A stretch of DNA of 64,000 nt from Longimicrobiales bacterium (GTDB lineage Bacteria; Gemmatimonadota; Gemmatimonadetes; Longimicrobiales; Gaopeijiaceae), in assembly GCA_965203485.1 (NCBI GenBank), contig OZ241892.1, forward strand, positions 2,304,001-2,368,000. The letters are read 5' to 3'. Under the pieces are notes generated by a model. The model was given only the letters and a program-made list of their open reading frames with translations. It ran no database searches and had not been told where the DNA came from. The translations under genes and the position numbers were made by a program. Below, piece by piece: positions 22,151-31,696 of this stretch. Each line of letters opens with the position of its first letter. Within the stretch, counting starts at the first letter, position 1.

Positions 22151-23082
22151 ACCGGGTCCGGAGCCAACAGTCGCTCGGCCACGGCGTTCACGCACTGGGG
22201 CAGCCACGCGGCGTCGTTGGACAGGGGGAATCCGAAACGATGCACTTGAACACGGCGGGCAAGCGCAATCACGCGGCGGAACAGCTCCTCTTGCCCCAGA
22301 ACCGCGACGGCAACGCGCGCCTGGAAGACCACCGTCCAGATGATCCTCATCATTTCCGGGCCGGTCACGCGCTTGAAGTCCATGCGGTCCTCGTCGTCCG
22401 GTGGACAGATGTGCGATCCAAGAAAATGCATCGTTCGCAACAACCCCGACACCCGGGGCGAGCGCGTGCGCGGGGCGACATGCCACTTTTCGTAGCCTTC
22501 GACCGACCGCACCGGCTTGCGTTCCTGACCGTCGAGGCCGACGGCCGCCAATGCCCGCGGGCCCAGCCTCAGGTCGTCGCAACGCCAGCACCGCACATCG
22601 TCCCCGCTTCGGGCCGGATCGACGATCAGTACATTGTCGGCGAAGAAGGAACAACCCCGTCCGGCCAGCCCCGCCGCCAGCGTCGACTTGCCCCAAAATG
22701 GGCTGGAGCCAAAGGCGTGCACAACTGCCTCCAACGCCACGGCGCTGGCGCGGAGCGCAAGCAGTCCGCGATGCAAGACCAGAGCCGGCAGCGCGGCCTC
22801 CAGCACGAACAGCCGAACGTCCGCTTCCGCAAGCTCCGGCTTGGCTGCCCAGCGGATGCGCTCCCCGCCTTCCACCAGCAACCGCAGGCCGCACGGCAAG
22901 CGGAACAGCAGGCGGTCTCGTGCACGGGCCCAGGCCACGCCCTCGCTCTCGGGGTTCGCAAGCGCGTCCGGCACCTCGCCGCGCCGAATCGTCACGTCGG
23001 CTCCGTGGCGGCGCACCCAAGGCTGAGCCCCGGCCCCAAGGTCGATGTCGGCGTCCATCGTGAACGGAGGCGCGTCGGTCAA
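22147..23082 (-). CDS. HPr-kinase-like protein A (degenerate motifs)
   Basis: 'LRASAV', 'GKSTLAAGL..RG', 'FFADN'; paralog of kinases B and C. Confidence 0.75.
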   Translation of the reverse strand: MTDAPPFTMDADIDLGAGAQPWVRRHGADVTIRRGEVPDALANPESEGVAWARARDRLLFRLPCGLRLLVEGGERIRWAAKPELAEADVRLFVLEAALPALVLHRGLLALRASAVALEAVVHAFGSSPFWGKSTLAAGLAGRGCSFFADNVLIVDPARSGDDVRCWRCDDLRLGPRALAAVGLDGQERKPVRSVEGYEKWHVAPRTRSPRVSGLLRTMHFLGSHICPPDDEDRMDFKRVTGPEMMRIIWTVVFQARVAVAVLGQEELFRRVIALARRVQVHRFGFPLSNDAAWLPQCVNAVAERLLAPDPV

Positions 23083-23593
23083 GGCGGGCCAGCCCCAGCA
23101 GGGTCGGCCTCGCCGAACGAAGCCGGATCGAGGGCCAAGATGTCGTCGGCAAAACGATATCCGTGTGCCGCCAGTCCCGCGGCCAACGTGGACTTGCCCG
23201 CCCCCGGCGGCCCCGTGAAGGCATGGACGTCGTCTCCCGCGCGGGCCGTGTTGGCACTGGCATGCATGGGAAGCAACCTCCCAATGAGCATCCCATACGG
23301 GACCCACGATCGCGTCTTCTCCGCCATTCGCCTCATTGTTGCGGCGTCCCGGCCGGACGGCCATGCGTCAGCGAACGGTCCGGCCATCCTCCAGCGGGAA
23401 GCGGCTGCCGTTCCATGTGGTGAACGGCAAGCGGCCTTCCACGCACTGGCGCCGTGGCGCGTTCCACGCCGGCTTCGGCAAGGACTCCGGCGCCGGTCCG
23501 CGCCAGACGGTCACGTCGCTGCCATGGTCGCGCAACCAAGGCGACCCCGCCCGCTCCAAGTCCGGGTCGGCGTCGACGGTGAACGGTGCCAGC

Positions 23594-23597
<4 letters not shown>
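23079..23597 (-). pseudogene. Truncated, frameshifted copy of kinase C
   Basis: DNA and protein match to 33376-33900 ('PFTVDADPDLERAG', 'GPPGAGKSTLAAGL', 'FADDIL'); no start codon, internal stop. Confidence 0.85.
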
Positions 23598-23803
<206 letters not shown>

Positions 23804-23862
23804 GCATGGAGTTCTTTCCTTTGCCGAAGAGGTCCGAAATGCCCGAAGAAGCCAGCGGCGTC

Positions 23863-23891
23863 AAGGTAGCTCGGGCCGTCAAGGGAGGCAA
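23863..23891 (-). promoter_or_regulatory. Putative sigma70-like promoter TTGCCT-N17-TACCTT, present in the cassettes
   Basis: Partial consensus with 17-bp spacing, about 60 bp upstream of the precursor ATG. Confidence 0.35.
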
Positions 23892-24518
23892 GGAAGCGGC
23901 CCCGGAGATTGTCGCAGGCTCTTCGCTGAACCTGGTGGTTCGCGGTCTACCGCCCAGGCGCGGGAAGCGGTCGAACGCCGTCTTCAGCTCCGCGCCCGGC
24001 ACCCACTCCCCCGTCGCCGCCATGTGGGACCCCACATGTCCAATCGACACGCTCCCCAACGCGGCCAGCCAGCCCCCGGACCTGTTCCGCCTTTCGGCGC
24101 TCGAGCTCCCGGCGCACCGCCGGCTCCGTGATGCCGCTCACGGCGTTTCCCAGCTCATCTCATGCGCTTCGACCCCCCCCCCCCCCCCCCCCGAGGATGC
24201 TGCCTCCCCGACTGAGCATCCCACACGGGACCCACGATCGCGTCTTCTCCGCCATTCGCCTCATTGTTGCGGCGTCCCGGCCGGCCATGCGTCAGCGAAA
24301 CGGTCCGGCCATCCTCCAGCAGGAAGCGGCTGCCGTTCCATGTGGTGAACGGCAAGCGGCCTTCCACGCACTGGCGCCGTGGCATGTTCCACGCCGGCTT
24401 CGGCAAGGACTCCGGCGCCGGTCCGCGCCAGACGGTCACGTCGCTGCCATGGTCGCGCAACCAAGGCGACCCCGCCCGCTCCAAGTCCGGGTCGGCGTCG
24501 ACAGTGAACGGTGCCAGC

Positions 24519-24737
24519 CTAGCAGTTCATGGGTGTGGCGGCATCATCGGAGTTGGTCTTGTCAGTTGGGCTCCCGGGTTCGTAGCAACCGCCGCCGGGG
24601 TAGAAGGAGCCGATGCGGTCGAAGGGGGAACAGTCGAGCTTGGGGGGCGTCCACGGCCGTCTGGCCCCCTTGGCCGATCGTTCCTCGGTCTGCGCGCTCA
24701 ACAGGGGGGGGGGGGGGGGGGGGGGGGAGAGAGACAT
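24519..24737 (-). CDS. Lasso-type precursor A2 (GSFYPGGGCYEPGSPTDKTNSDDAATPMNC)
   Basis: Same leader; in frame through TC repeat plus C24. Confidence 0.85.
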   Translation of the reverse strand: MSLSPPPPPPPLLSAQTEERSAKGARRPWTPPKLDCSPFDRIGSFYPGGGCYEPGSPTDKTNSDDAATPMNC

Positions 24738-25443
24738 GATGGAGTTCTTTCCTTTTGCCGAACAGGTCCGAAATGCCCGAAGAAGCCAGCGGCGTCAAGG
24801 TAGCTCGGGCCGTCAAGGGAGGCAAGCAAGCGGCCCCGGAGATTGTCGCAGGCTCTTCGCTGAACCTGATGGTTCGCGGTCTACCGCCCAGCCGCGGGAA
24901 GCGGTCGAACGCCGTCTTCAGCTCCGCGCCCGGCACCACTCCCCCGTCGCCGCCATGTAGGGACCCCACATGTCCAATCGACACGCTCCCCAACGCGGCC
25001 AGCCAGCCCCCGGACCTGCTCCGCCTTCCGGCGCTCGAGCTCCCGGCGCGCCGCCGGCATCCATGATGCCGCTCACGGCGTTTCCCAGCTCATCTCATAC
25101 GCTTCGACCCCCTGAGGATGCTGGCCTCCCCGACTGAGCATCCCACACGGGACCCACGATCGCGTCTTCTCCGCCATTCGCCTCATTGTTGCGGCGTCCC
25201 GGCCGGACGGCCATGCGTCAGCGAAACGGTCCGGCCATCCTCCAGCAGGAAGCGGCTGCCGTTCCATGTGGTGAACGGCAAGCGGCCTTCCACGCACTGG
25301 CGCCGTGGCATGTTCCACGCCGGCTTCGGCAAGGACTCCGGCGCCGGTCCGCGCCAGAGGTCACGTCGCTGCCATGGTCGCGCAACCAGTGCGACCCCGC
25401 CCGCTCCAAGTCCGGGTCGGCGTCGACAGTGAACGGTGCCAGC

Positions 25444-25666
25444 CTAGCAGTTCATGGGTGTGGCGGCATCATCGGAGTTGGTCTTGTCAGTTGGGCTCCC
25501 GGGTTCGTAGCAACCGCCGCCGGGGTAGAAGGAGCCGATGCGGTCGAAGGGGGAACAGTCGAGCTTGGGGGGCGTCCACGGCCGTCTGGGCCCCTTGGCC
25601 GATCGTTCCTCGGTCTGCGCGCTCAACAGGGGGGGGGGGGGGGGGGGGGGGGAGAGAGAGAGACAT
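25444..25666 (-). CDS. Lasso-type precursor A3 (core identical to A2); ATG out of frame, in frame from TTG 25626
   Basis: 37 nt between ATG and TTG (+1 shift). Confidence 0.75.
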
Positions 25667-26375
25667 GATGGAGTTCTTCCTTTTGCCGAACAGGTCCGAA
25701 ATGCCCGAAGAAGCCAGCGGCGTCAAGGTAGCTCGGGCCGTCAAGGGAGGCAAGGAAGCGGCCCCGGAGATTGTCGCAGGCTCTTCGCTGAACTTGATGG
25801 TTCGCGGTTTGCCGCCCAAGCGCGGGCGGTCCGGTCCACGTTCTTGCGCAACGCCGCGAACAGCCTCTCGACACGAATCGTCTTGCCGCGTCCGGTCAGC
25901 CACCGGTCCATCGACACGCTCCCCAACGCGGCCAGCCAGCCCCCGGACCTGCTCCGCCTTCCGGCGCTCGAGCTCCCGGCGCGCCGCCGACTCCATGATG
26001 CCGCTCACGGCGTTTCCCAGCTCATCTCATGCGCTTCGACCCCCCGAGGATGCTGGCCTCCCCGACTGAGCATCCCACACGGGACCCACGATCGCGTCTT
26101 CTCCGCCATTCGCCTCATTGTTGCGGCGTCCCCGCCGGACGGCCATGCGTCAGCGAACGGTCCGGCCATCCTCCAGCAGGAAGCGGCTGCCGTTCCATGT
26201 GGTGAACGGCAAGCGGCCTTCCACGCACTGGCGCCGTGGCATGTTCCACGCCGGCTTCGGCAAGGACTCCGGCGCCGGTCCGCGCCAGACGGTCACGTCG
26301 CTGCCATGGTCGCGCAACCAAGGCGACCCCGCCCGCTCCAAGTCCGGGTCGGCGTCGACGGTGAACGGTGCCAGC

Positions 26376-26587
26376 CTAGCAGGTAACGCCTCCGGAAGGC
26401 TGGGAGTTGGTCTTGTATTTGGTGCTCCCGGGTTCGAAGCAGTTGCTACCGGGGTAGAAGGAGCCGATGCGGTCGAAGGGGGAACAGTCGAGCTTCGGGG
26501 GCGTCCACGGCCGTCTGGGCCCCTTGGCCGTTCCTCGGTCTGCGCGCTCAACAGGGGGGGGGGGGGGGGGGGGGGGGAGAGAGACAT
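26376..26587 (-). pseudogene. Lasso-type precursor A4 (GSFYPGSNCFEPGSTKYKTNSQPSGGVTC) with a 4-bp leader deletion
   Basis: GGCCGTTCC at ~26526 versus GGCCGATCGTTCC in the other units. Confidence 0.75.
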
Positions 26588-27296
26588 GATGGAGTTCTTT
26601 CCTTTGCCGAAGAGGTCCGAAATGCCCGAAGAAGCCAGCGGCGTCAAGGTAGCTCGGGCCGTCAAGGGAGGCAAGGAAGCGGCCCCGGAGATTGTCGCAG
26701 GCTCTTCGCTGAACTTGATGGTTCGCGGTTTGCCGCCCAAGCGCGGGCGGTCCGGTCCACGTTCTTGCGCAACGCCGCGAACAGCCTCTCGACACGAATC
26801 GTCTTGCCGCGTCCGGTCAGCCACCGGTCCATCGACACGCTCCCCAACGCGGCCAGCCAGCCCCCGGACCTGCTCCGCCTTCCGGCGCTCGAGCTCCCGG
26901 CGCGCCGCCGACTCCATGATGCCGCTCACGGCGTTTCCCAGCTCATCTCATGCGCTTCGACCCCCCGAGGATGCTGGCCTCCCCGACTGAGCATCCCACA
27001 CGGGACCCACGATCGCGTCTTCTCCGCCATTCGCCTCATTGTTGCGGCGTCCCCGCCGGACGGCCATGCGTCAGCGAACGGTCCGGCCATCCTCCAGCAG
27101 GAAGCGGCTGCCGTTCCATGTGGTGAACGGCAAGCGGCCTTCCACGCACTGGCGCCGTGGCATGTTCCACGCCGGCTTCGGCAAGGACTCCGGCGCCGGT
27201 CCGCGCCAGACGGTCACGTCGCTGCCATGGTCGCGCAACCAAGGCGACCCCGCCCGCTCCAAGTCCGGGTCGGCGTCGACGGTGAACGGTGCCAGC

Positions 27297-27513
27297 CTAG
27301 CAGGTAACGCCTCCGGAAGGCTGGGAGTTGGTCTTGTATTTGGTGCTCCCGGGTTCGAAGCAGTTGCTACCGGGGTAGAAGGAGCCGATGCGGTCGAAGG
27401 GGGAACAGTCGAGCTTCGGGGGCGTCCACGGCCGTCTGGGCCCCTTGGCCGATCGTTCCTCGGTCTGCGCGCTCAACAAGGGGGGGGGGGGGGGGGGGGG
27501 GGGAGAGAGACAT
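27297..27513 (-). CDS. Lasso-type precursor A5 (core identical to A4); ATG out of frame, in frame from TTG 27479
   Basis: 34 nt between ATG and the conserved TTG (+1 shift). Confidence 0.75.
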
Positions 27514-27625
27514 GATGGAGTTCTTTCCTTTGCCGAAGAGGTCCGAAATGCCCGAAGAAGCCAGCGGCGTCAAGGTAGCTCGGGCCGTCAAAGAAGGCAA
27601 GGAAGCGGCCCCGGAGATTGTCGCA

Positions 27626-28100
27626 GGCTCTTCGCTGAACCTGATGGTTCGCGGTCTACCGCCCAGGCGCGGGCGGTCCGGTCCACGTTCTTGCGCAACG
27701 CCGCGAACGCCAGCTTCTCGGCACGAGTCTTGCCGCGTCCGGTCGGCCACCGGCAACGCGTCCTCGCGAGCGCGGCGCTGTCCTGGGCCAGCAGCTCGCG
27801 GTGTTCGGCGTGCCGCGCCTTGTCCACCGCGTCCGCCTGGTGCTCGGCCACATGGAAGCGGTCGAACGCCGTCTTCAGCTCCGCGCCCGCCACCCACTCC
27901 CCCGTCGCCGCCATGTTAGGGATACCACATGTCCATCGACACGCTCTCCAACGCGGCCAGCCAGCCCCCGGACCTGCTCCGCCTTCCGGCACTCGAGCCC
28001 CCGGCGCACCGCCGACTCCATGATGCCGCTCACGGCGTTTCCCAGCTCATCTCATGCCCCCCCCCCCCCCCCCCCCCCCCCGAGGATGCTGCCTCCCCGA
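27626..28100 (-). mobile_element. Longest internal ISL3 transposase fragment (unit 5)
   Basis: 'AFDRFHVAEH..DAVDKAR..EHRELL' and 'RTARAWAV' are ISL3 transposase signatures; GGCTCTTCG IR at 27626. Confidence 0.85.
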
Positions 28101-28410
28101 CTGAGCATCCCACACGGGACCCACGATCGCGTCTTCTCCGCCATTCGCCTCATTGTTGCGGCGTCCCGGCCGGACGGCCATGCGTCAGCGAACGGTCCGG
28201 CCATCCTCCAGCAGGAAGCGGTTGCCGTTCCATGTGGTGAACAGCAAGCGGCCTTCCACGCACTGGCGCCGTGGCGCGTTCCACGCCGGCTTCGGCAAGG
28301 ACTCCGGCGCCGGTCCGCGCCAGACGGTCACGTCGCTGCCATGGTCGCGCAACCAGTGCGACCCCGCCCGCTCCAAGTCCGGGTCGGCGTCGACGGTGAA
28401 CGGTGCCAGC

Positions 28411-28629
28411 CTAGCAGTTCAAAGGGATTCCTCCTAGATTAGTGGAGTTGGTCTTGTCAGTTGGGCTCCCGGGTTCGTAGCAACCGCTGCCGGGATAGAA
28501 GGAGCCGATGCGGTCGAAGGGGGAACAGTCGAGCTTGGGGGGCGTCCACGGCCGTCTGGGCCCCTTGGCCGATCGTTCCTCGGTCTGCACGCTCAACAGG
28601 GGGGGGGGGGGGGGGGGGGGGGGAGACAT
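28411..28629 (-). CDS. Lasso-type precursor A6 (GSFYPGSGCYEPGSPTDKTNSTNLGGIPLNC)
   Basis: Same leader; in frame through C25. Confidence 0.85.
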   Translation of the reverse strand: MSPPPPPPPPLLSVQTEERSAKGPRRPWTPPKLDCSPFDRIGSFYPGSGCYEPGSPTDKTNSTNLGGIPLNC

Positions 28630-28743
28630 GCTTTGGAGTTCTTTCCTTTGCCGAAGAGGTCCGAAATGCCCGAAGAAGCCAGCGGCATCAAGGTAGCTCG
28701 GGCCGTCAAAGAAGGCAAGGAAGCGGCCCCGGAGATTGTCGCA

Positions 28744-29394
28744 GGCTCTTCGCTGAGCCTGGTGGTTCGCGGTCCACCGCCCAGGCGTGGGCGGTCCGGT
28801 CCACATTCTTGCGCAACGCCGCGAACAGCCTCTCGGCACGAATCGTCTTGCCGCGTCCGGTCAGCCACCGGTCCATCGACACGCTCTCCAACGCGGCCAG
28901 CCAGCCCCTGGACCTGCTCCGCCTTCCGGCGCTCGAGCTCCCGGCGCACCGCCGGCTCCATGATGCCGCTCACGGCGTTTTCCAGCTCATCTCATGCGCT
29001 TCGACCCCCCGAGGATGCGGGCCTCCCCGAGCCACGCCGCCACCTCGTCCTCGAACGCCGCCGTGTACCTCGACCTGTCCGCCGCCCAGGGCATGGAGAC
29101 CGTTCTTCACCCCGTGCTCTGGAGACTCGACCAGATGCCACCACTCCCGCTCCCGAGCGTCGTAGCCCGGACACGGCTGGCCGCGCTCGGGACACGTCAG
29201 AGGCTCGCCCGACCGCCTCGCCGCGCACACGCGCCTCCTTTCAGCACCGGGTCCCCCTCGACCCCCTCCACCTTCCAGCCCGGCCCCAACGCCATCAAGC
29301 TCCTGCACCCACTTCGCATCTCCAACCTCGCCTCCTCGGTTCATGGTCCATGTCGCCCCCGATCCCACCCAGCCACACCAATATGGGAAGCGCC
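28744..29394 (-). mobile_element. Internally deleted ISL3-family IS relic retaining both ends
   Basis: IRs GGCTCTTCGC (28744) and GGCGCTTCCC (reverse complement ending 29394); flanks TTGTCGCA/TGTTCGCA resemble an 8-bp TSD; frameshifted 'WKVEGVE', 'CPGYD.RER.W.HL', 'PEHGV', 'MPWA...YTAAFE', 'GIME.AVRR'. Confidence 0.85.
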
Positions 29395-29497
29395 TGTTCG
29401 CAGTGGCCCAGCACCGGGCGGACCGAGTAGCTTTGCGTGTCTCTCGCATCAGATTCCGCCGGACGGACGTCCGGCAAGGCATCCGGCAGGCATTGTC

Positions 29498-30442
29498 ATG
29501 CAAGCTCCCTTCACGGTCGACGCCGACATCGACTTGGGCGTGCGAGCCGCTCCCTGGATCCGCGCCCACGGCGCCGACGTGGTCGTCCGGCGCGGGCCGG
29601 TGCCGACGGTCCTCCCCAACCCGGCGCGGTGCAGTGTCGCGTGTCAGTGCGCTGAAAACCAAGTGCTGATCACGGTCCCTTGCGGCATCCGCTTCTTGGT
29701 GGAGGGCGGCGAGTCGATTCGCTACGCCGTGGACGAAGGCCGAGGGGCGGCAGAGGTGGACTTGCGGACATTCCTCGTCGGCGCCGCTTGGCCGGCCCTG
29801 GCGCTGCAACGGGGCTTCTTGCCACTGCACGCAAGCGCAGTGAGCCGCCGCGGCAACGTGCATGGCTTCGCCGCCGGGGCGGGCGGCGGCAAGTCCACGA
29901 TGGCAGCGGCTCTCGCCGGGCGGGGCTGGTCGTTCTTCGCCGACGACGTGCTGCTCATTGCTCCCGCACCGCCCGGACAGGAAGTCCTTTGCCATTCGCT
30001 TGGCGACCTCAAGCTTCCGCGCGAGGGACTGGCCGCCGTCGGAGCGTCCGCCCGGGGGCCGGTCCGAGATGTCGACAGTGGGATCGCCTTGCACGCCAGC
30101 TTCAAGGTGTATGCTGAACCACGCCAGTGGTCGTCGGGAATCGGCGGCCGACTCGCGACGCTCCATGGATTGGAAGGGTGGGGCTTTCCGGAGGCCGATC
30201 CAACCCGAATTGAGCGGTTGACCGGCCGCCGTGCCGCAGAGTTCATGTGGGGAGCGGTGTACAACTCTACCCTGGCGCACGAGATCGCGAGACAACGGCG
30301 GTTGTACCAAGCGGTCGCGGCCACCAGCCGACAGGTCGTTATGTCAAAGTTCCATTTCAGCCGCGTTGCCAATCGTTTCGAGGAGATCGTGGAGAGGCTG
30401 GCTCGGGACTTGTCCGCCGTCGCGGCCGCGGGGCCCCAGTGA
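29498..30442 (+). CDS. HPr-kinase-like protein B (lasso peptide kinase type)
   Basis: 'LPLHASAV', 'GGGKST', 'FFADD'. Confidence 0.85.
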   Translation: MQAPFTVDADIDLGVRAAPWIRAHGADVVVRRGPVPTVLPNPARCSVACQCAENQVLITVPCGIRFLVEGGESIRYAVDEGRGAAEVDLRTFLVGAAWPALALQRGFLPLHASAVSRRGNVHGFAAGAGGGKSTMAAALAGRGWSFFADDVLLIAPAPPGQEVLCHSLGDLKLPREGLAAVGASARGPVRDVDSGIALHASFKVYAEPRQWSSGIGGRLATLHGLEGWGFPEADPTRIERLTGRRAAEFMWGAVYNSTLAHEIARQRRLYQAVAATSRQVVMSKFHFSRVANRFEEIVERLARDLSAVAAAGPQ

Positions 30443-31332
30443 CGACGGCGGCACGTGCCACGCGACGCGGTGCGCAATTGGCGGGCAAAGACGGCATCGT
30501 GTGGCTGGCGTCGTATCCCAGGTCCGGCAATACGTGGACCAGAATCCTCCTGGCCAATTTCCTATCCCGGTCGGACGAACCCATACCCGCCAATGCCTTG
30601 CCGCAGGCGTTGTCGAGGTCCGCAAGCAGCCGTGCTAGGTTCGAGCGTCTTGTCGGGCTGGAATCCTTCGACCTTGCCGACGCCGAAATCGAGTCGTTGC
30701 TTCCCGCCGCCTGCCGAGCGGAGGCCGAGCGCGCCGCGCGCCTCGGGACACGGTCGTTCCGCAAAGTTCACGACGCCCGCCGCGACACGTTGGTCGGCGA
30801 GTCGCTGTTTCCGGCCGCCGCGACGGCTGGAGCGATCTATCTCGTGCGCAACCCGCTGGACGTCGCGGTGTCGTGGACTTTTTACATGGGCCGACTGAAC
30901 TTCGGCGCAGCCGTAAGGATGCTGAACGAGGGCAACGTTATCGGTGGGAGCCCGTATCAGTTTCCGCAACAGTTGCTGAACTGGTCGAGCCATGTGGAGA
31001 GCTGGACGGACGCGCCGTTTCCAGTGCTGGCGGTGCGGTACGAGGACCTGTTGGCCGATACGGCCGGGCAACTGGCCGCCATGGTGCGCTTCTTGGGGCT
31101 TGAAGGCAACGCCGACGGAGACCGGATCCGGCGGGCGGTCTCCTTCTCGGCATTTGAGCAATTGCAGGAGGACGAGGCGAACAACGGGTTCAGGAACCGC
31201 GCTCGCTCGTGTCGGACGTTCTTTCGTTCCGGCAAGGCCGGGCAGTGGCGGCAACACCTGACTTCGAAGCAGGTGGCGGAAGTCGTCCGCGCAAATGAGC
31301 GGGTCATGAAGGAATGGGGATACTGGGACTGA
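30439..31332 (+). CDS. Sulfotransferase 2
   Basis: 'WLASYPRSGNTW', 'KVH', 'RNPLDVAVS', 'FFRSGKAGQW'; GTGA overlap with kinase B. Confidence 0.92.
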   Translation: MTTAARATRRGAQLAGKDGIVWLASYPRSGNTWTRILLANFLSRSDEPIPANALPQALSRSASSRARFERLVGLESFDLADAEIESLLPAACRAEAERAARLGTRSFRKVHDARRDTLVGESLFPAAATAGAIYLVRNPLDVAVSWTFYMGRLNFGAAVRMLNEGNVIGGSPYQFPQQLLNWSSHVESWTDAPFPVLAVRYEDLLADTAGQLAAMVRFLGLEGNADGDRIRRAVSFSAFEQLQEDEANNGFRNRARSCRTFFRSGKAGQWRQHLTSKQVAEVVRANERVMKEWGYWD

Positions 31333-31377
31333 CGCGGCCCGGGCGACGTGAGCCGCTTCCGGCATGGTCCCGGCGCG

Positions 31378-31500
31378 GTCCAAGGGCTGGAGACCACGAC
31401 GCCGCGCGAATGTCCAAGTGTTTGAGTCGCGCGGGCGTCGCCGTTGGACGCGGGAACCTCCGCGAAGCATCCTGCCAATCAGAATCTCCAAGGGCCCCCG
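31378..31500 (-). pseudogene. Inverted remnant of a P450 3' end
   Basis: 'LKHLDIRAASWSPAL' versus P450 'LKHLDVRVAPRPPAF'; DNA similarity to ~32900-32950. Confidence 0.7.
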
Positions 31501-31696
31501 AACACCCAAACCTACCACGCCCGCCCGCTCTTCGGTACCTTCCGACCTTCAATCCCCGGTCAGATCAACAGAGTCGGCCTTCTCTGGCAGACTCTAGGCT
31601 AGGATTTGTTCCAAGTGGAGCGCCACGATCCCGTCATCGACTGATCCGTCTACGCCCAGCGTTCCCGCTCTGGTTCGGGCACGCCTAGCTGAAGAC

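Noticed and set aside
24173..28081. Poly(C) runs at 24173-24192 and 28057-28081 as functional elements
   Set aside because: They lie in the IS relic where other units have only 5-6 C. They show slippage or sequencing inflation and are a warning about homopolymer accuracy
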